The position numbers and the translations under genes were made by a program. A DNA stretch of 64,000 bases from Dehalococcoidia bacterium (GTDB lineage: Bacteria; Chloroflexota; Dehalococcoidia; Plut-88900): the NCBI GenBank assembly GCA_965249275.1, contig CBDFLQ010000005.1, positions 448,001 to 512,000 on the forward strand, read 5' to 3'. The notes under the pieces are model-generated. The model was given only the letters and a program-made list of their open reading frames with translations, was not told where the DNA came from and made no database searches. Positions 48,111-57,359 of this stretch are shown piece by piece (positions within the stretch are counted from its first letter, which is position 1; every line of letters begins with the position of its first letter).

Positions 48111-49286
48111 ATGAGAAGCCCCAAGTACCAGTTCTTCACGCTTGAAGAATATCAAGGACGGCTGGATGCGCTGCGACGGCGGATGGAAGAACGGGGGATT
48201 GATGTTCTGCTGGTCAACTCGCCGGAGAACTTGTATTACGTTTCCGGTTACCAGACTCCCGGCTACTACTGGTACCAGACGCTGATAGTGACGATGGACC
48301 GAGAGCCGGTGTTCATCACCCGACTCAATGAGGAGTCCAACATTGCGCCTCAATCCTGGGTCGAGGATAGTCGGCCCTACGAAGACCACGAGGACTGGAT
48401 AGCGCACACCCGGGACGTGCTGATGGACTTGGGTAAGGCAGATGCGCGCATCGGGGTACAGTATGACTCGTTCTTCCTGACATCCAGGGACGAGAAGGGG
48501 CTTGCGGCTGCCTTATCGTCGGCGAGGTTTGTCGATGGGTCGGGGCTGGTGGAGGAGGGGAGGATGGTGAAGTCGGCACAGGAGATCGAGTACATAAGGC
48601 AGGCGGCGAAGACGGCGGAGGCGGGGTTGAGGGCGGGGATCGAGGCTTGCCAGGTGGGGGTGACGGAGAATGACGTGGCGGCGGAGATTCATCGGGCGCA
48701 GATCAAGGCGGGGAGCGAGTACACGGGACTTCCGATATTCATAAGGACGGGGGAGCGGGACTCGATGACCCATTCGACGTGGTATCGGAACGTGATACAA
48801 CCCGGAGACAGCGTGACGATAGAGATGCCGGGGTGCATCAACCGCTATCACGCAGCGACATACAGACAGATATTCCTCGGTGACCCGCCTGAACTGCTGC
48901 TCAGGGCAAGGGAAGTGGGAAGCGAGGTTATGGCGAAGGCGAAGTCGGCGATCAGGCCGGGGGTCCCGGCGGGGGATATACACCGGCTGGTGCAGGAGAG
49001 CCTCGAAGAGGCGATGGGCTCGGGGAGTAAGCGAAACAGCCGGGCGGCTTATTCTATCGGAATAGCTTTTGCGCCGGACTGGGGCGAGGGGCATATTATT
49101 AGCATGACCGAAGGGGAGACCCGGCCACTTCAGGCGGGAATGACCTTTCACCTGCTGGCGGGACACGTGGCCCTGCAGGGTCTCGACAGGGTGAAGAGGG
49201 CGGTGAACAGTGACACGATTCTCGTCACGGAGGATGGGTGCGAGACGCTGACGGACGGGTTGGAGCATAAGCTGTACGTGAAATAG
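48111..49286 (+). CDS. M24 DoeA/EutD-like hydrolase, paralog 3
   Basis: Same motifs; AGGAG before ATG 48111. Confidence 0.82.
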   Translation: MRSPKYQFFTLEEYQGRLDALRRRMEERGIDVLLVNSPENLYYVSGYQTPGYYWYQTLIVTMDREPVFITRLNEESNIAPQSWVEDSRPYEDHEDWIAHTRDVLMDLGKADARIGVQYDSFFLTSRDEKGLAAALSSARFVDGSGLVEEGRMVKSAQEIEYIRQAAKTAEAGLRAGIEACQVGVTENDVAAEIHRAQIKAGSEYTGLPIFIRTGERDSMTHSTWYRNVIQPGDSVTIEMPGCINRYHAATYRQIFLGDPPELLLRAREVGSEVMAKAKSAIRPGVPAGDIHRLVQESLEEAMGSGSKRNSRAAYSIGIAFAPDWGEGHIISMTEGETRPLQAGMTFHLLAGHVALQGLDRVKRAVNSDTILVTEDGCETLTDGLEHKLYVK

Positions 49287-49304
49287 GTCAGGGGAGGTGA
49301 CATC

Positions 49305-50303
49305 ATGAAGTTTGGGATTATGCTGCCGCATTCGGGGGCTCTGGCGGGGGTGGAGGCAATCAGGCGGGTGGCGCTTGAGGCCGATGACCTGGGTTTCGAC
49401 TCGGTGTGGTGCCACGACCACATTACTTACGATACGGACTGGTTTCTGCACCGGGGGTCGGGGCTGATTGAGCAATGTGAGGGGATCGAGCCCCACTTCT
49501 ACGAGTCGATAAGCACGCTGACCTGGGTGGCGGGAATGACGCAGAACGTCAAGCTGGGCACGGCGATATTGGTGCTCCCTCTGAGGGACCCGAGGGTTTT
49601 GGCTCGGCAGGCAATGACGTTGCAGGCGTTATCCGGGGGGAGGTTGATGCTGGGGGTCGGGATTGGGGACTACCCCAGCGACTTCCGGGTGATGCAGATA
49701 CCCTACGACGAAAAGAACCGGATCACGGATGAGTACATCAACGTGCTGAATGCCGCCTTCCAAGGCGGGCACGTGGACTTCCAAGGGCCGAACATCTCGT
49801 TTGAAAATGCTTCGTACTTCCCGAAGACGACACCCAAAGTGCCGGTGCTGTATGGGGGTGGGGTGGTGTATCCACGCCCTTCTCGGGTCCCGAAGCTGTA
49901 CGAGCCTGCCATGCGCCGCATTGCCGAGCGGTGTGACGGGTGGATACCAGAGGGGCCTCCTCACGTGATGGCGGAGGGCATCAAGCGGATACGAGAGCTG
50001 GCGGCGGAGTCGGGGAGGGGGGACGTGGACTTTCAGGTGACCGGATACATACCCCTGTACATAGACGACGATGCTAAGGCGCAGGCGATGACAAGGAAGA
50101 CTCTGGTGACAGAGATACACACCTTCGAAGAAGGGTTGGCGGGGTCTCTGGTGGGGTCGGTGGGTCGGATTTCGAAGGTGATCGAGGCTTACCAGGAGGC
50201 GGGAGTCCATGGGTTGGGGATGAGGTGCTGGGCGGAGAACCTGCCGCGGTTTGTGGAGATGATGAGGACGTTTGCGAGGGAGGTTATGCCGAGGTTTTCG
50301 TAG
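49305..50303 (+). CDS. LLM-class (probably F420-dependent) oxidoreductase
   Basis: MKFGIMLP, GFDSVWCHDH, LGTAILVLPLR, SGGRLMLGVG, DGW. Confidence 0.85.
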   Translation: MKFGIMLPHSGALAGVEAIRRVALEADDLGFDSVWCHDHITYDTDWFLHRGSGLIEQCEGIEPHFYESISTLTWVAGMTQNVKLGTAILVLPLRDPRVLARQAMTLQALSGGRLMLGVGIGDYPSDFRVMQIPYDEKNRITDEYINVLNAAFQGGHVDFQGPNISFENASYFPKTTPKVPVLYGGGVVYPRPSRVPKLYEPAMRRIAERCDGWIPEGPPHVMAEGIKRIRELAAESGRGDVDFQVTGYIPLYIDDDAKAQAMTRKTLVTEIHTFEEGLAGSLVGSVGRISKVIEAYQEAGVHGLGMRCWAENLPRFVEMMRTFAREVMPRFS

Positions 50304-50354
50304 GATGAGCGCCGAGCCAATAGGCCTTGGATCAGAAGTCTTGGTTAAATGAGA

Positions 50355-51395
50355 CTAACGTCTGCCTTTCTTCTGCTGACGGCGTTGGGCACGGTTCTGA
50401 GTTGGAGATGAAGTAGCGGGAGGGCTGGGCTGAAGCGGCATGGGAGGTCGAATGACTGCTTTGCGCATTATCTTAATATACGCGCTCCCCTTCCTATGCT
50501 CAATCAGCTTGATCGCATCAGTGTCGTTGAATGTAACGTCTATCGCCCAATAGAGGGCCATCACTGCATCTTCAAACTCCTTGCTCAAGTCCGCTAGTAA
50601 CCGAACCCTCATTAATGGTTCGAGTTCCAGAAGTTGCTCTATCCACACAGGTCGGGAGTGGCTGTGGAAATTGTTGTGGTCTGCCAACCACTTGGCAATC
50701 CTTTCGGCCTTTGTTGATGCATCAGGCTTACCCTTAAACATATAACAGCTTAGCCAATCGGTTACGAGTGTCTCGGACAACTCTATTGCGTTGTGGCATT
50801 CTTGCAGAAACCCAGGGCCGTATTGCCGGATGATGGGGAGCCATACCCGCAACTTGGTGGGGTCTGTGCCAATGTCGGATCCGGCCCGCTCAAACTGATC
50901 AATAGCGGCTCTTGCCGGGACAGTTACTGGCCTCTGCTCAGTAACAAATTGAAGCTGAGGGTCAATGGGGCCTAGTTCGGCTGCCTCTCCAAGTAGGACT
51001 TCGTTGCCGGAAAGCGCAAGCATTGTAGCCGCGCTCTTTGATGTGTGTGGGATTAGGAATCGAATGGGATCGAACCGAGCCCTGAGCAAATGCACTATAG
51101 ATTCTGTAGCTGTTGGAGACCCGCCGGGGCTATGAAGCAACACGTCCAAGGGGCCATCCGGGATGTCGGAAATTGCCTGAAGAAAACCCGTCTTGTCCTG
51201 TAGCTGAATCTGCAATCCGGCACCGTATTGTGCAGCCCTATCGATGTCAGTGAAATCCGCGGCGTAGACAATAAGGGGAATGCTACTGATCTTCTCAACG
51301 GTTGCTATTTTGGCTCGTCTAATGTTGTCATGCTGCGCTACGCCTAGGTTTTGACTCGCTTCATGAATTTCAAGGCGGATTTGGTCCCAAGTCAT
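50355..51395 (-). CDS. SDH-family (DUF114) ClpP-fold serine protease
   Basis: LLHSPGG, SKSAATMLAL, LGPIDPQ, HSHSRP; lower GC. Confidence 0.85.
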   Translation of the reverse strand: MTWDQIRLEIHEASQNLGVAQHDNIRRAKIATVEKISSIPLIVYAADFTDIDRAAQYGAGLQIQLQDKTGFLQAISDIPDGPLDVLLHSPGGSPTATESIVHLLRARFDPIRFLIPHTSKSAATMLALSGNEVLLGEAAELGPIDPQLQFVTEQRPVTVPARAAIDQFERAGSDIGTDPTKLRVWLPIIRQYGPGFLQECHNAIELSETLVTDWLSCYMFKGKPDASTKAERIAKWLADHNNFHSHSRPVWIEQLLELEPLMRVRLLADLSKEFEDAVMALYWAIDVTFNDTDAIKLIEHRKGSAYIKIMRKAVIRPPMPLQPSPPATSSPTQNRAQRRQQKKGRR

Positions 51396-51404
51396 TGTAG
51401 GAAA

Positions 51405-51587
51405 CTATCTGATGGTGCTGTCTGAGGTGATAATCTTCGGCTCGTTTTCGGCGAGCATTCGTTCGTACTCATCGACGGTGATATTAAGGAAGTCGAGTTC
51501 TTTTACGAAATCAGGGTCCACTTGTGAACTCCATTTGTTGATTTGATCGTCGAACTGATTGGACATCGCCATTGTGTTTACCTCCAT
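51405..51587 (-). CDS. Small acidic hypothetical protein co-oriented with the protease
   Basis: GGAGG RBS before the second Met (51572); 9-bp gap to the protease gene. Confidence 0.55.
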   Translation of the reverse strand: MEVNTMAMSNQFDDQINKWSSQVDPDFVKELDFLNITVDEYERMLAENEPKIITSDSTIR

Positions 51588-51643
51588 ACTGATTTTAGCA
51601 TTTCATCGGGTGCTTCGCTGGAGTATTACAGAGAAACAGGGGT

Positions 51644-52804
51644 CTAGCCGACGGTGGGGGTGGGGGAGGGTAGGCGGTAGAGGGCCAGGGCGTTTTCGCC
51701 GAGGATTTTGCGCTGGTCGGCTTCGGGGAGGGTGGAGATGTTTTCCTTGACCTTTCTCAGGGGGTCGGTGTGACCCTCGGGGTGGGGCCAGTCGGATCCC
51801 CACATGAAGCGGTCGGCGCCGACGATCTGAGCCACGGCTCCGAGGCCCTTCTCGATGGGCTCGGCGCTGATCCAACACTGTCGCTTGAAGTACTCGCTGG
51901 GCTTCATGGTGAGGATGGTGTCGAAGCCGAAGCGGGAGAACTTGAAGTCCAGGAAGTCGAGCCAGTGGGCGACCCAGGTGGAGCCAATCTCGACCATGGA
52001 GATGCGGAGGTTGGGGAACTTTTCGAAGACGCCTTCAGTCATCATGTTGGTGAAGGAGAGGAAGGGGTCGCCGAAGACCATGGACTCGACGAAGAACTCG
52101 GGGCCGAGGCCGGGGTGGTCGGGGTAGAGGTGCTTGCCCACGTAGTTGGGGTTGAAGATGACGTGGAGCGTTATGGGCATGTCGAGGTCCTGGGCGGCAG
52201 CCCAGAAGGGGTCGTAGTAGGAGTCTCCGTAACGGATGCCGTTGACGGGGGCAGGGCAGATGAAGGCCCCTTTCATGCCCTCCTTGGCGGCACGTTGGAG
52301 CTCGGCGACGCCGAACTCGACCTCTCTGACGGAAACGTGGGCCACGGGGAAGAGCTGGTCCGGGTGGTCTTTGCAGAAGTCTACGAGCCAGCGGTTGTAG
52401 GCCCGGCAGTAGGCGTCGGAGATTTCGGCGTTTTCGCACTCGGCTTCCCAGCCCAGGCCGAGAGAGGGGAAAAGAAAGGTCTTGTCGACGCCCTCTCTGG
52501 CGAGGTGCTTGATCCTTTCATCGGGGTAGGCAGCCCCGGGAGCGATAATTGCGGCCTCCGCGTAAGGGAGGGTGGCGTGCTCCATCATCCAGTCCCGGTC
52601 CTTTGTGACTCCGGCGATACGGCCGAGGGCGCCGCCGTTGTAGCCGCTGCTCATCTTGCCATCGATGTCCAGGTATTCGAGACCGAGCTCATCTAATTCG
52701 ATGCCCATGGCGCGGGAGCGGTAGGCGGGGTCGATGTAGTCACGCCACATATTGGCGGGTTCTATGATATGGCTGTCGGAGTCGACAATTGTTCCTGCTG
52801 ACAT
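51644..52804 (-). CDS. Amidohydrolase_2 family protein, paralog B3
   Basis: VDSDSH, AYNRWL, WGSDWPHPEG, ILGENA. Confidence 0.88.
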   Translation of the reverse strand: MSAGTIVDSDSHIIEPANMWRDYIDPAYRSRAMGIELDELGLEYLDIDGKMSSGYNGGALGRIAGVTKDRDWMMEHATLPYAEAAIIAPGAAYPDERIKHLAREGVDKTFLFPSLGLGWEAECENAEISDAYCRAYNRWLVDFCKDHPDQLFPVAHVSVREVEFGVAELQRAAKEGMKGAFICPAPVNGIRYGDSYYDPFWAAAQDLDMPITLHVIFNPNYVGKHLYPDHPGLGPEFFVESMVFGDPFLSFTNMMTEGVFEKFPNLRISMVEIGSTWVAHWLDFLDFKFSRFGFDTILTMKPSEYFKRQCWISAEPIEKGLGAVAQIVGADRFMWGSDWPHPEGHTDPLRKVKENISTLPEADQRKILGENALALYRLPSPTPTVG

Positions 52805-52823
52805 GGCAGATGCTCCTTTTCGG

Positions 52824-53987
52824 CTAGCCCACGGCGGGGGCGGGCACGGACAGGCCGTACATGGCTAGGGCGTTTTCGCCCAGTATCTTGTTCTGGTCGG
52901 CTTCCGAAAGGGAGGCGATGTTCTGCTTGACTTTGTTGAGGGGGTCAGTGTGGCCCTCGGGGTGGGGCCAGTCGGAGCCCCACATGAAGCGATCAGTCCC
53001 AACCATTTGGGCAACGGCCCCGAGACCCTTCTCGATGGGTTCGGCGCTGACCCAGACCTGACGGCGGAAGTAGTCGCTGGGGGTCATGGTCAGAGGCATG
53101 TCGAAGCTGAATCGGTCGATCTTGAAGTCCATCATGTCGAGCCAGTGGAGGAGCCAGGTGCAGCCAACTTCGACCATGGATAGTTTCAGGCCGGGGAACT
53201 TTTCGAAGGTGCCGTCACCCATCATGCAGGTAAAGCTGATGAGGGGATCTGCGAAGGTCATTACGTTGTTGAAGAACACGGGGCCGAGACCAGTTTCGTC
53301 TTCGGGATATGAATTGCGGCCCGGGTAGTCTGGGTTGAGGACTACGTGGAAGGTTATGGGCATGTCCAGGTCCTGGGCGGTGGCCCAGAAACGGTCATAA
53401 TACTCGTGGCTGTACCGGATCCCGTTCATGGGGGCGGGGCAGATGAAGGCGCCTTTCATGCCGTCCTTTGCAGCCCTCTCCAGCTCTTTGATGCCCTCGT
53501 TCACGTCTCGTACCGTGACGTGGGCTATGGGGATCAGCCGGTCGGGATACGGCGCACAGAAATCGACGAGCCACCGATTATAGGCCGTGCAGTAGGCGGC
53601 GGAGAGCCTGGGGTCTTCGCACTCTGCTTCCCAGCCCAGGCCTAGGGTCGGGAATAGGAAGGTCTTGTCTACTCCGTGCTTGTCCAGGTGGGCGATTCTT
53701 GCGTGAGGGTCCACTGATCCTGGGGCGATGTTCTTGAGCTCATCGTAGGGGAGAGTGGGATGCTCCATCATCCACTCTCGGGTCTGGTCGACACCCCCGA
53801 TCCTGCCCAGGGTGCCACCGTTGTACCCGATGCTGACCTTCCCATCGATGTCCAGATATTCCAAGCCGAATTCATCCACACTGATTTTCAGGGCCCGGCT
53901 ACGGAACTCGGGGTCCATGTATTCCTGCCACAAGGTGGCCGGTTCCATGATGTGGCTGTCGGCGTCGACGACTATTCCTGATGCCAT
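52824..53987 (-). CDS. Amidohydrolase_2 family protein, paralog B2
   Basis: VDADSH, AYNRWL, WGSDWPHPEG. Confidence 0.88.
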   Translation of the reverse strand: MASGIVVDADSHIMEPATLWQEYMDPEFRSRALKISVDEFGLEYLDIDGKVSIGYNGGTLGRIGGVDQTREWMMEHPTLPYDELKNIAPGSVDPHARIAHLDKHGVDKTFLFPTLGLGWEAECEDPRLSAAYCTAYNRWLVDFCAPYPDRLIPIAHVTVRDVNEGIKELERAAKDGMKGAFICPAPMNGIRYSHEYYDRFWATAQDLDMPITFHVVLNPDYPGRNSYPEDETGLGPVFFNNVMTFADPLISFTCMMGDGTFEKFPGLKLSMVEVGCTWLLHWLDMMDFKIDRFSFDMPLTMTPSDYFRRQVWVSAEPIEKGLGAVAQMVGTDRFMWGSDWPHPEGHTDPLNKVKQNIASLSEADQNKILGENALAMYGLSVPAPAVG

Positions 53988-54004
53988 CTTCGATACTCCT
54001 TACG

Positions 54005-54130
54005 CTAGGCTGAGGCGTTGGGCACGATGCGGATGGTGCGGGGCTTGAACTCGGGTTCGAGGTAGTCCAGCCACATGGAAGCGTGTTCAGTAACGTGTCT
54101 TTCGGCATCGACTATAACGCCGGTCGACAT
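54005..54130 (-). pseudogene. Truncated third amidohydrolase paralog B1 (41 aa)
   Basis: MSTGVIVDAERHVTEHASMWLDYLEPEFKPRTIRIV aligns with MASGIVVDADSHIMEPATLWQEYMDPEFRSRALKIS. Confidence 0.8.
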
Positions 54131-54176
54131 GCTGGTGTGTTCCCCCCAGAGCAAATACAGCAACGAACGAATTCCG

Positions 54177-54206
54177 AGTATACATTTGAGGGAAATGTCG
54201 GGTCAA
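54177..54206 (-). promoter_or_regulatory. Promoter of the B-amidohydrolase operon with a palindromic operator
   Basis: TTGACC-18 bp-TATACT; ACATTT-N5-AAATGT (54182-54198) in the spacer. Confidence 0.55.
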
Positions 54207-54479
54207 CACGGCGCCTCATCCGCACATATGGAGTACGGCGTCGCGGGCCGAAGGGGGCTCGTCCCGGTGGGGATTTTTGATTGATGCGCGGACTCAGGCG
54301 TGATTTTTGATTGTTTTAGGGGGAAATGTTCCGGTTTTCCCCGGGATGGGGACGGGAGATGGGGGGATAGAGACCTCATAGGATGGCGCATTATACGAAA
54401 TTGGGGTGGGGGTGGGGCAATGGGCTCGTGTCACATTGGGGGAGGGCTTTGCGCGACGGATTGGCAGTGCGGGGCCGCC

Positions 54480-54536
54480 CCGCTCGACCCTTCGACTCTG
54501 CTCCCGCCTTAGGCGGATCTTCGACAGGGTGAGCGG
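54480..54536 (+). repeat. REP with a 22-nt inserted module
   Basis: Insert CCGCCTTAGGCGGATCTTCGAC at GCTC^AG. Confidence 0.75.
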
Positions 54537-54599
54537 CCTCACCTCCTCGGGGAGGGGATGGTGTAGAATTTAGGTATATCAGGGATAGTCGGAGGGAGA

Positions 54600-55067
54600 A
54601 TGCTGAAGGCAGGGACTCGGGCCCCGGATTTTGAGGCGGTGCAGCATGACGGCGAGAGGTTTTGCTTTGCCGATTGGCGAGGCGACAGCCCCGTAGTCAT
54701 CTATTTCTACCTGAAGAACTTTACTGTCGGCTGAAACCGTCAAGCTCGTGGCTTCCGTGACGCATATGAGGCTATAAGTGGGTACGGGGCCCAGGTTGTC
54801 GGGGTTAGCACCGACAGCCCGGAAAGCCACGACCGGTTCCGGAGCTGGTTGTCGATCCCTTTCACCTTGCTGTCCGACTCCGACAAGAAGGTAGCTCGAC
54901 TCTACGACGTTGCCCGTAGGATGGGGCTTGGGGTGTCTCGGGTGACCTACGTTATCGATAAGTCGGGGGTCATCAGGGATGTATTCCATCACGAGGTGAG
55001 AATCGGCAAGCATGTGGAGGACGTGCTGGAAGGGGTGAAGGCGCTGGACAGGGAGAGGGGAGGGTGA
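54600..55067 (+). CDS. bcp: BCP/PrxQ peroxiredoxin, putative selenoprotein (UGA at codon 45, 54732-54734)
   Basis: MLKAGTRAPDF...VVIYFYLKNFTVG-U-NRQARGFRD...GVSTD...LLSD...RVTYVIDKSG; frame continuous across the TGA; GGAGGGAG RBS. Confidence 0.85.
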
Positions 55068-55275
55068 CCTCAAGGGATCGGCCTTACTGGAGAGAGGGGA
55101 GGGAATGGATTAACGCTCTGCCAAAGGCGGACTTTCAGCTCGGCGCACGCTATAGGCGCACTTGCAGCATCTGCGGCCTGCACTCCATAGGCGCATCTGC
55201 GACCTACGCAGGAATTACGAGTGGAAAAGGGGGCTGGTGTAGAATTGAGTTATATCAGCCATATGCGGAGGGAGA

Positions 55276-55755
55276 ATGCTAAAGGTAGGGACCAGGGCCC
55301 CGGATTTCGAGGCGGTGCGGCATGACGGCGGGACGTTCAGACTGAGCGAGCACTTTGGCCGTCAACCCGTGGTGCTGTATTTTCACACAGGGGCCTTCAG
55401 CGTCCTCTGAAATATCCAGTCCAAGGGCTTCCGTGATGCGGATGAAGCCTTCCAGGGATACAACGCCCTAGTCGCCGGGATCAGTCCCAATACCCCCGAG
55501 GTGAATGCACAGTTCCGGAGAGAGTTTGGGATGCAGGCTGTTCTGCTGTCCGACCCGGAGAGAAAGATCAGGAAAGCCTATGATTCGCTGCGGGTGTTCG
55601 GGGGGTTCAGGACGGCTTACCTGATTGATAAGTCGGGGGTGGTGCGGGGGGCACATGAATACGTGGTTGTGGGGATAGGTCGGCACGTGAAGAAGCTGCT
55701 CAAGGGGTTGGAGAAGCTGCGGGAGGAGGAGTTGGTGGGGGGATTAACTTCGTAG
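55276..55755 (+). CDS. Second BCP-like peroxiredoxin, putative selenoprotein (UGA at codon 45, 55408-55410)
   Basis: MLKVGTRAPDF...VVLYFHTGAFSVL-U-NIQSKGFRD...LLSD...RTAYLIDKSG; frame continuous across the TGA. Confidence 0.8.
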
Positions 55756-55997
55756 GCATTCGACTGACGGGTGTTGTGGGAGTTGGGTTACTGTCACTTT
55801 CCTCAGCGAGCCCCAATTGGGTAGCTTATTCATACCTAGTCAATCGTGAATTCTTGTCCCTGGGTTTACGCCACAGCGCACCTTCGGCCCGTTTTCACGG
55901 GAAAGACGGTTATGCGGGGGTCTTGCCTCGGCGCACGCGAAGGGCGTATTTGCAGAATCTGCGATCCTCCAAGGGCGGGCCTTTGGCCCATCGAGGG

Positions 55998-56177
55998 GCC
56001 CTTGCGTAACTCCGGGTTGGGGCCGAGAAGCCCCGCCCATTCCGCTCTGGAGACCCTTCGACTTGGCTCACGCCATGGCGCATCTTCGACAGGGCGAGCG
56101 GAATACTCAGTCCCAGGAATGGAAATGCCATACTTCGTTAGCAGGTTCAGGGGCGGGAATGAAGGTTATGCAAAGGT
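55998..56177 (+). mobile_element. MITE-like composite carrying a 66-bp expanded REP (56039-56104)
   Basis: Ends GCCCTTGCGTAAC ... GTTATGCAAAGGT; CCATCGAGGG occurs on both sides. Confidence 0.6.
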
Positions 56178-56286
56178 AACGCCAAAGGCGCGTCTGCGAA
56201 CCATCGAGGGAGATGGGAGAGAATCACACCTACAGAGCCGGACTCCGTAGATGTGGCGAGAATACTCTGCCGGGCTTGTAAGAGGA

Positions 56287-57078
56287 TCAGGTAACGGCTT
56301 CTTCCATGCGGCGTATGAAGTCTCGGATGGCGCGGAAGTAGGCGTCGGTGTCGACGAACATGATGTCGTTGTGACCGGCGCCGGGGATGGTGAAGAAGGT
56401 CTTGTCGGTGGAGGCTACGGCTTCGTAGAGGTCCTGGGGGTGGGAGATGGGGACGAGGAAGTCACGGTCGCCGTGGATGATGAGCAGTGGGGTGTCGATG
56501 CTCTGGACCCGGGCCCAGTGGTCCTGGAGAAGCTGGGAGATGACGGGGGTCTCGGCGATACCGAGCCTTTGAGGCATTCCACCGACGTTGGCCGAGCCAC
56601 TTTCGATGATCATGCCCTTAATCTTTTCTCGGGCGCCCGCGGCTATCTCGACAGCGCAGTAGGCGCCGAGGGACCGGCCCATCACGTAGATTGAGGGAGC
56701 GTAACCGTTTTCGCTCAGAAACGTCTCCAAGGCAGCAAGGGCAGTATGACTGTCTTCAACCAAGGCGGATACCGAGGGTTCTCCCTGGGATTTGCCGTAG
56801 CCTCGGTAGTCGGTGACGAAGAGGTTTAGGCCGATGTGGTTGTAAAGGGAGGAAATGGCGTCGTATTCGGGGGCGACTTCACCGTTGCCGTGGAAGAAGA
56901 GGATAGTGGGGCGTTGTTTATCTTCGGGGAAGAAACGGCCGCATAGCTGGACCCCGTCATGGGAAGGGAAGGTGTGGTCCAGGGCGCCGGTTGGAGGGGG
57001 TGAGGAGTCGGGGCGGGGGTAGAACATGTAGTGGGTGATTTGGGGGAGGTCGAGGAGGGTGTAGTCGAGCTTGTTCAA
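56287..57078 (-). CDS. Alpha/beta hydrolase (ABHD/BEM46-like)
   Basis: FFHGNGE, DYRGYG, GRSLG, IHGDRD, GAGHND. Confidence 0.9.
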   Translation of the reverse strand: MNKLDYTLLDLPQITHYMFYPRPDSSPPPTGALDHTFPSHDGVQLCGRFFPEDKQRPTILFFHGNGEVAPEYDAISSLYNHIGLNLFVTDYRGYGKSQGEPSVSALVEDSHTALAALETFLSENGYAPSIYVMGRSLGAYCAVEIAAGAREKIKGMIIESGSANVGGMPQRLGIAETPVISQLLQDHWARVQSIDTPLLIIHGDRDFLVPISHPQDLYEAVASTDKTFFTIPGAGHNDIMFVDTDAYFRAIRDFIRRMEEAVT

Positions 57079-57268
57079 GGGTCGGGCTCCTTTGAAGGGT
57101 CTGGGAGCATGTTAGGTTATTGTGGCGGGGAGGGGAAGTGAAGGATTTTGGGCTCTCGGGAGGGTATTGCCTACCTGCTCTGTTGAAATTCGATTCACCC
57201 TCACCCTAGCCCTCTCCCATCGAGGAACCTTTGCGTAACTCTTCGCGAGGGGTCGGGACACCCCACCC

Positions 57269-57313
57269 ATTCCGCTCTTGAGACCCTTCGACCCGGCTCA
57301 GGGCGAGCGGAAT
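57269..57313 (+). repeat. 45-bp REP, basic unit
   Basis: ATTCCGCTCTTGAGACCCTTCGACCCGGCTCAGGGCGAGCGGAAT. Confidence 0.85.
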
Positions 57314-57359
57314 ACCCCGGCCCCGTGCTTCTTGGCTCGGGGGTGGGGTGGTGGTGGGA

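Noticed and set aside
55064-55282. 72-aa ORF with CxxC between the two Prx genes
   Set aside because: Largely composed of repeat modules (GGCGCACTTGCAGCATCT) and the duplicated promoter
54732-55410. Peroxiredoxin TGAs as nonsense mutations, or a genome-wide UGA recoding
   Set aside because: Both fall on the catalytic codon of otherwise intact genes, and many other genes here use TGA as a normal stop. Not formally excluded without seeing the sel genes.
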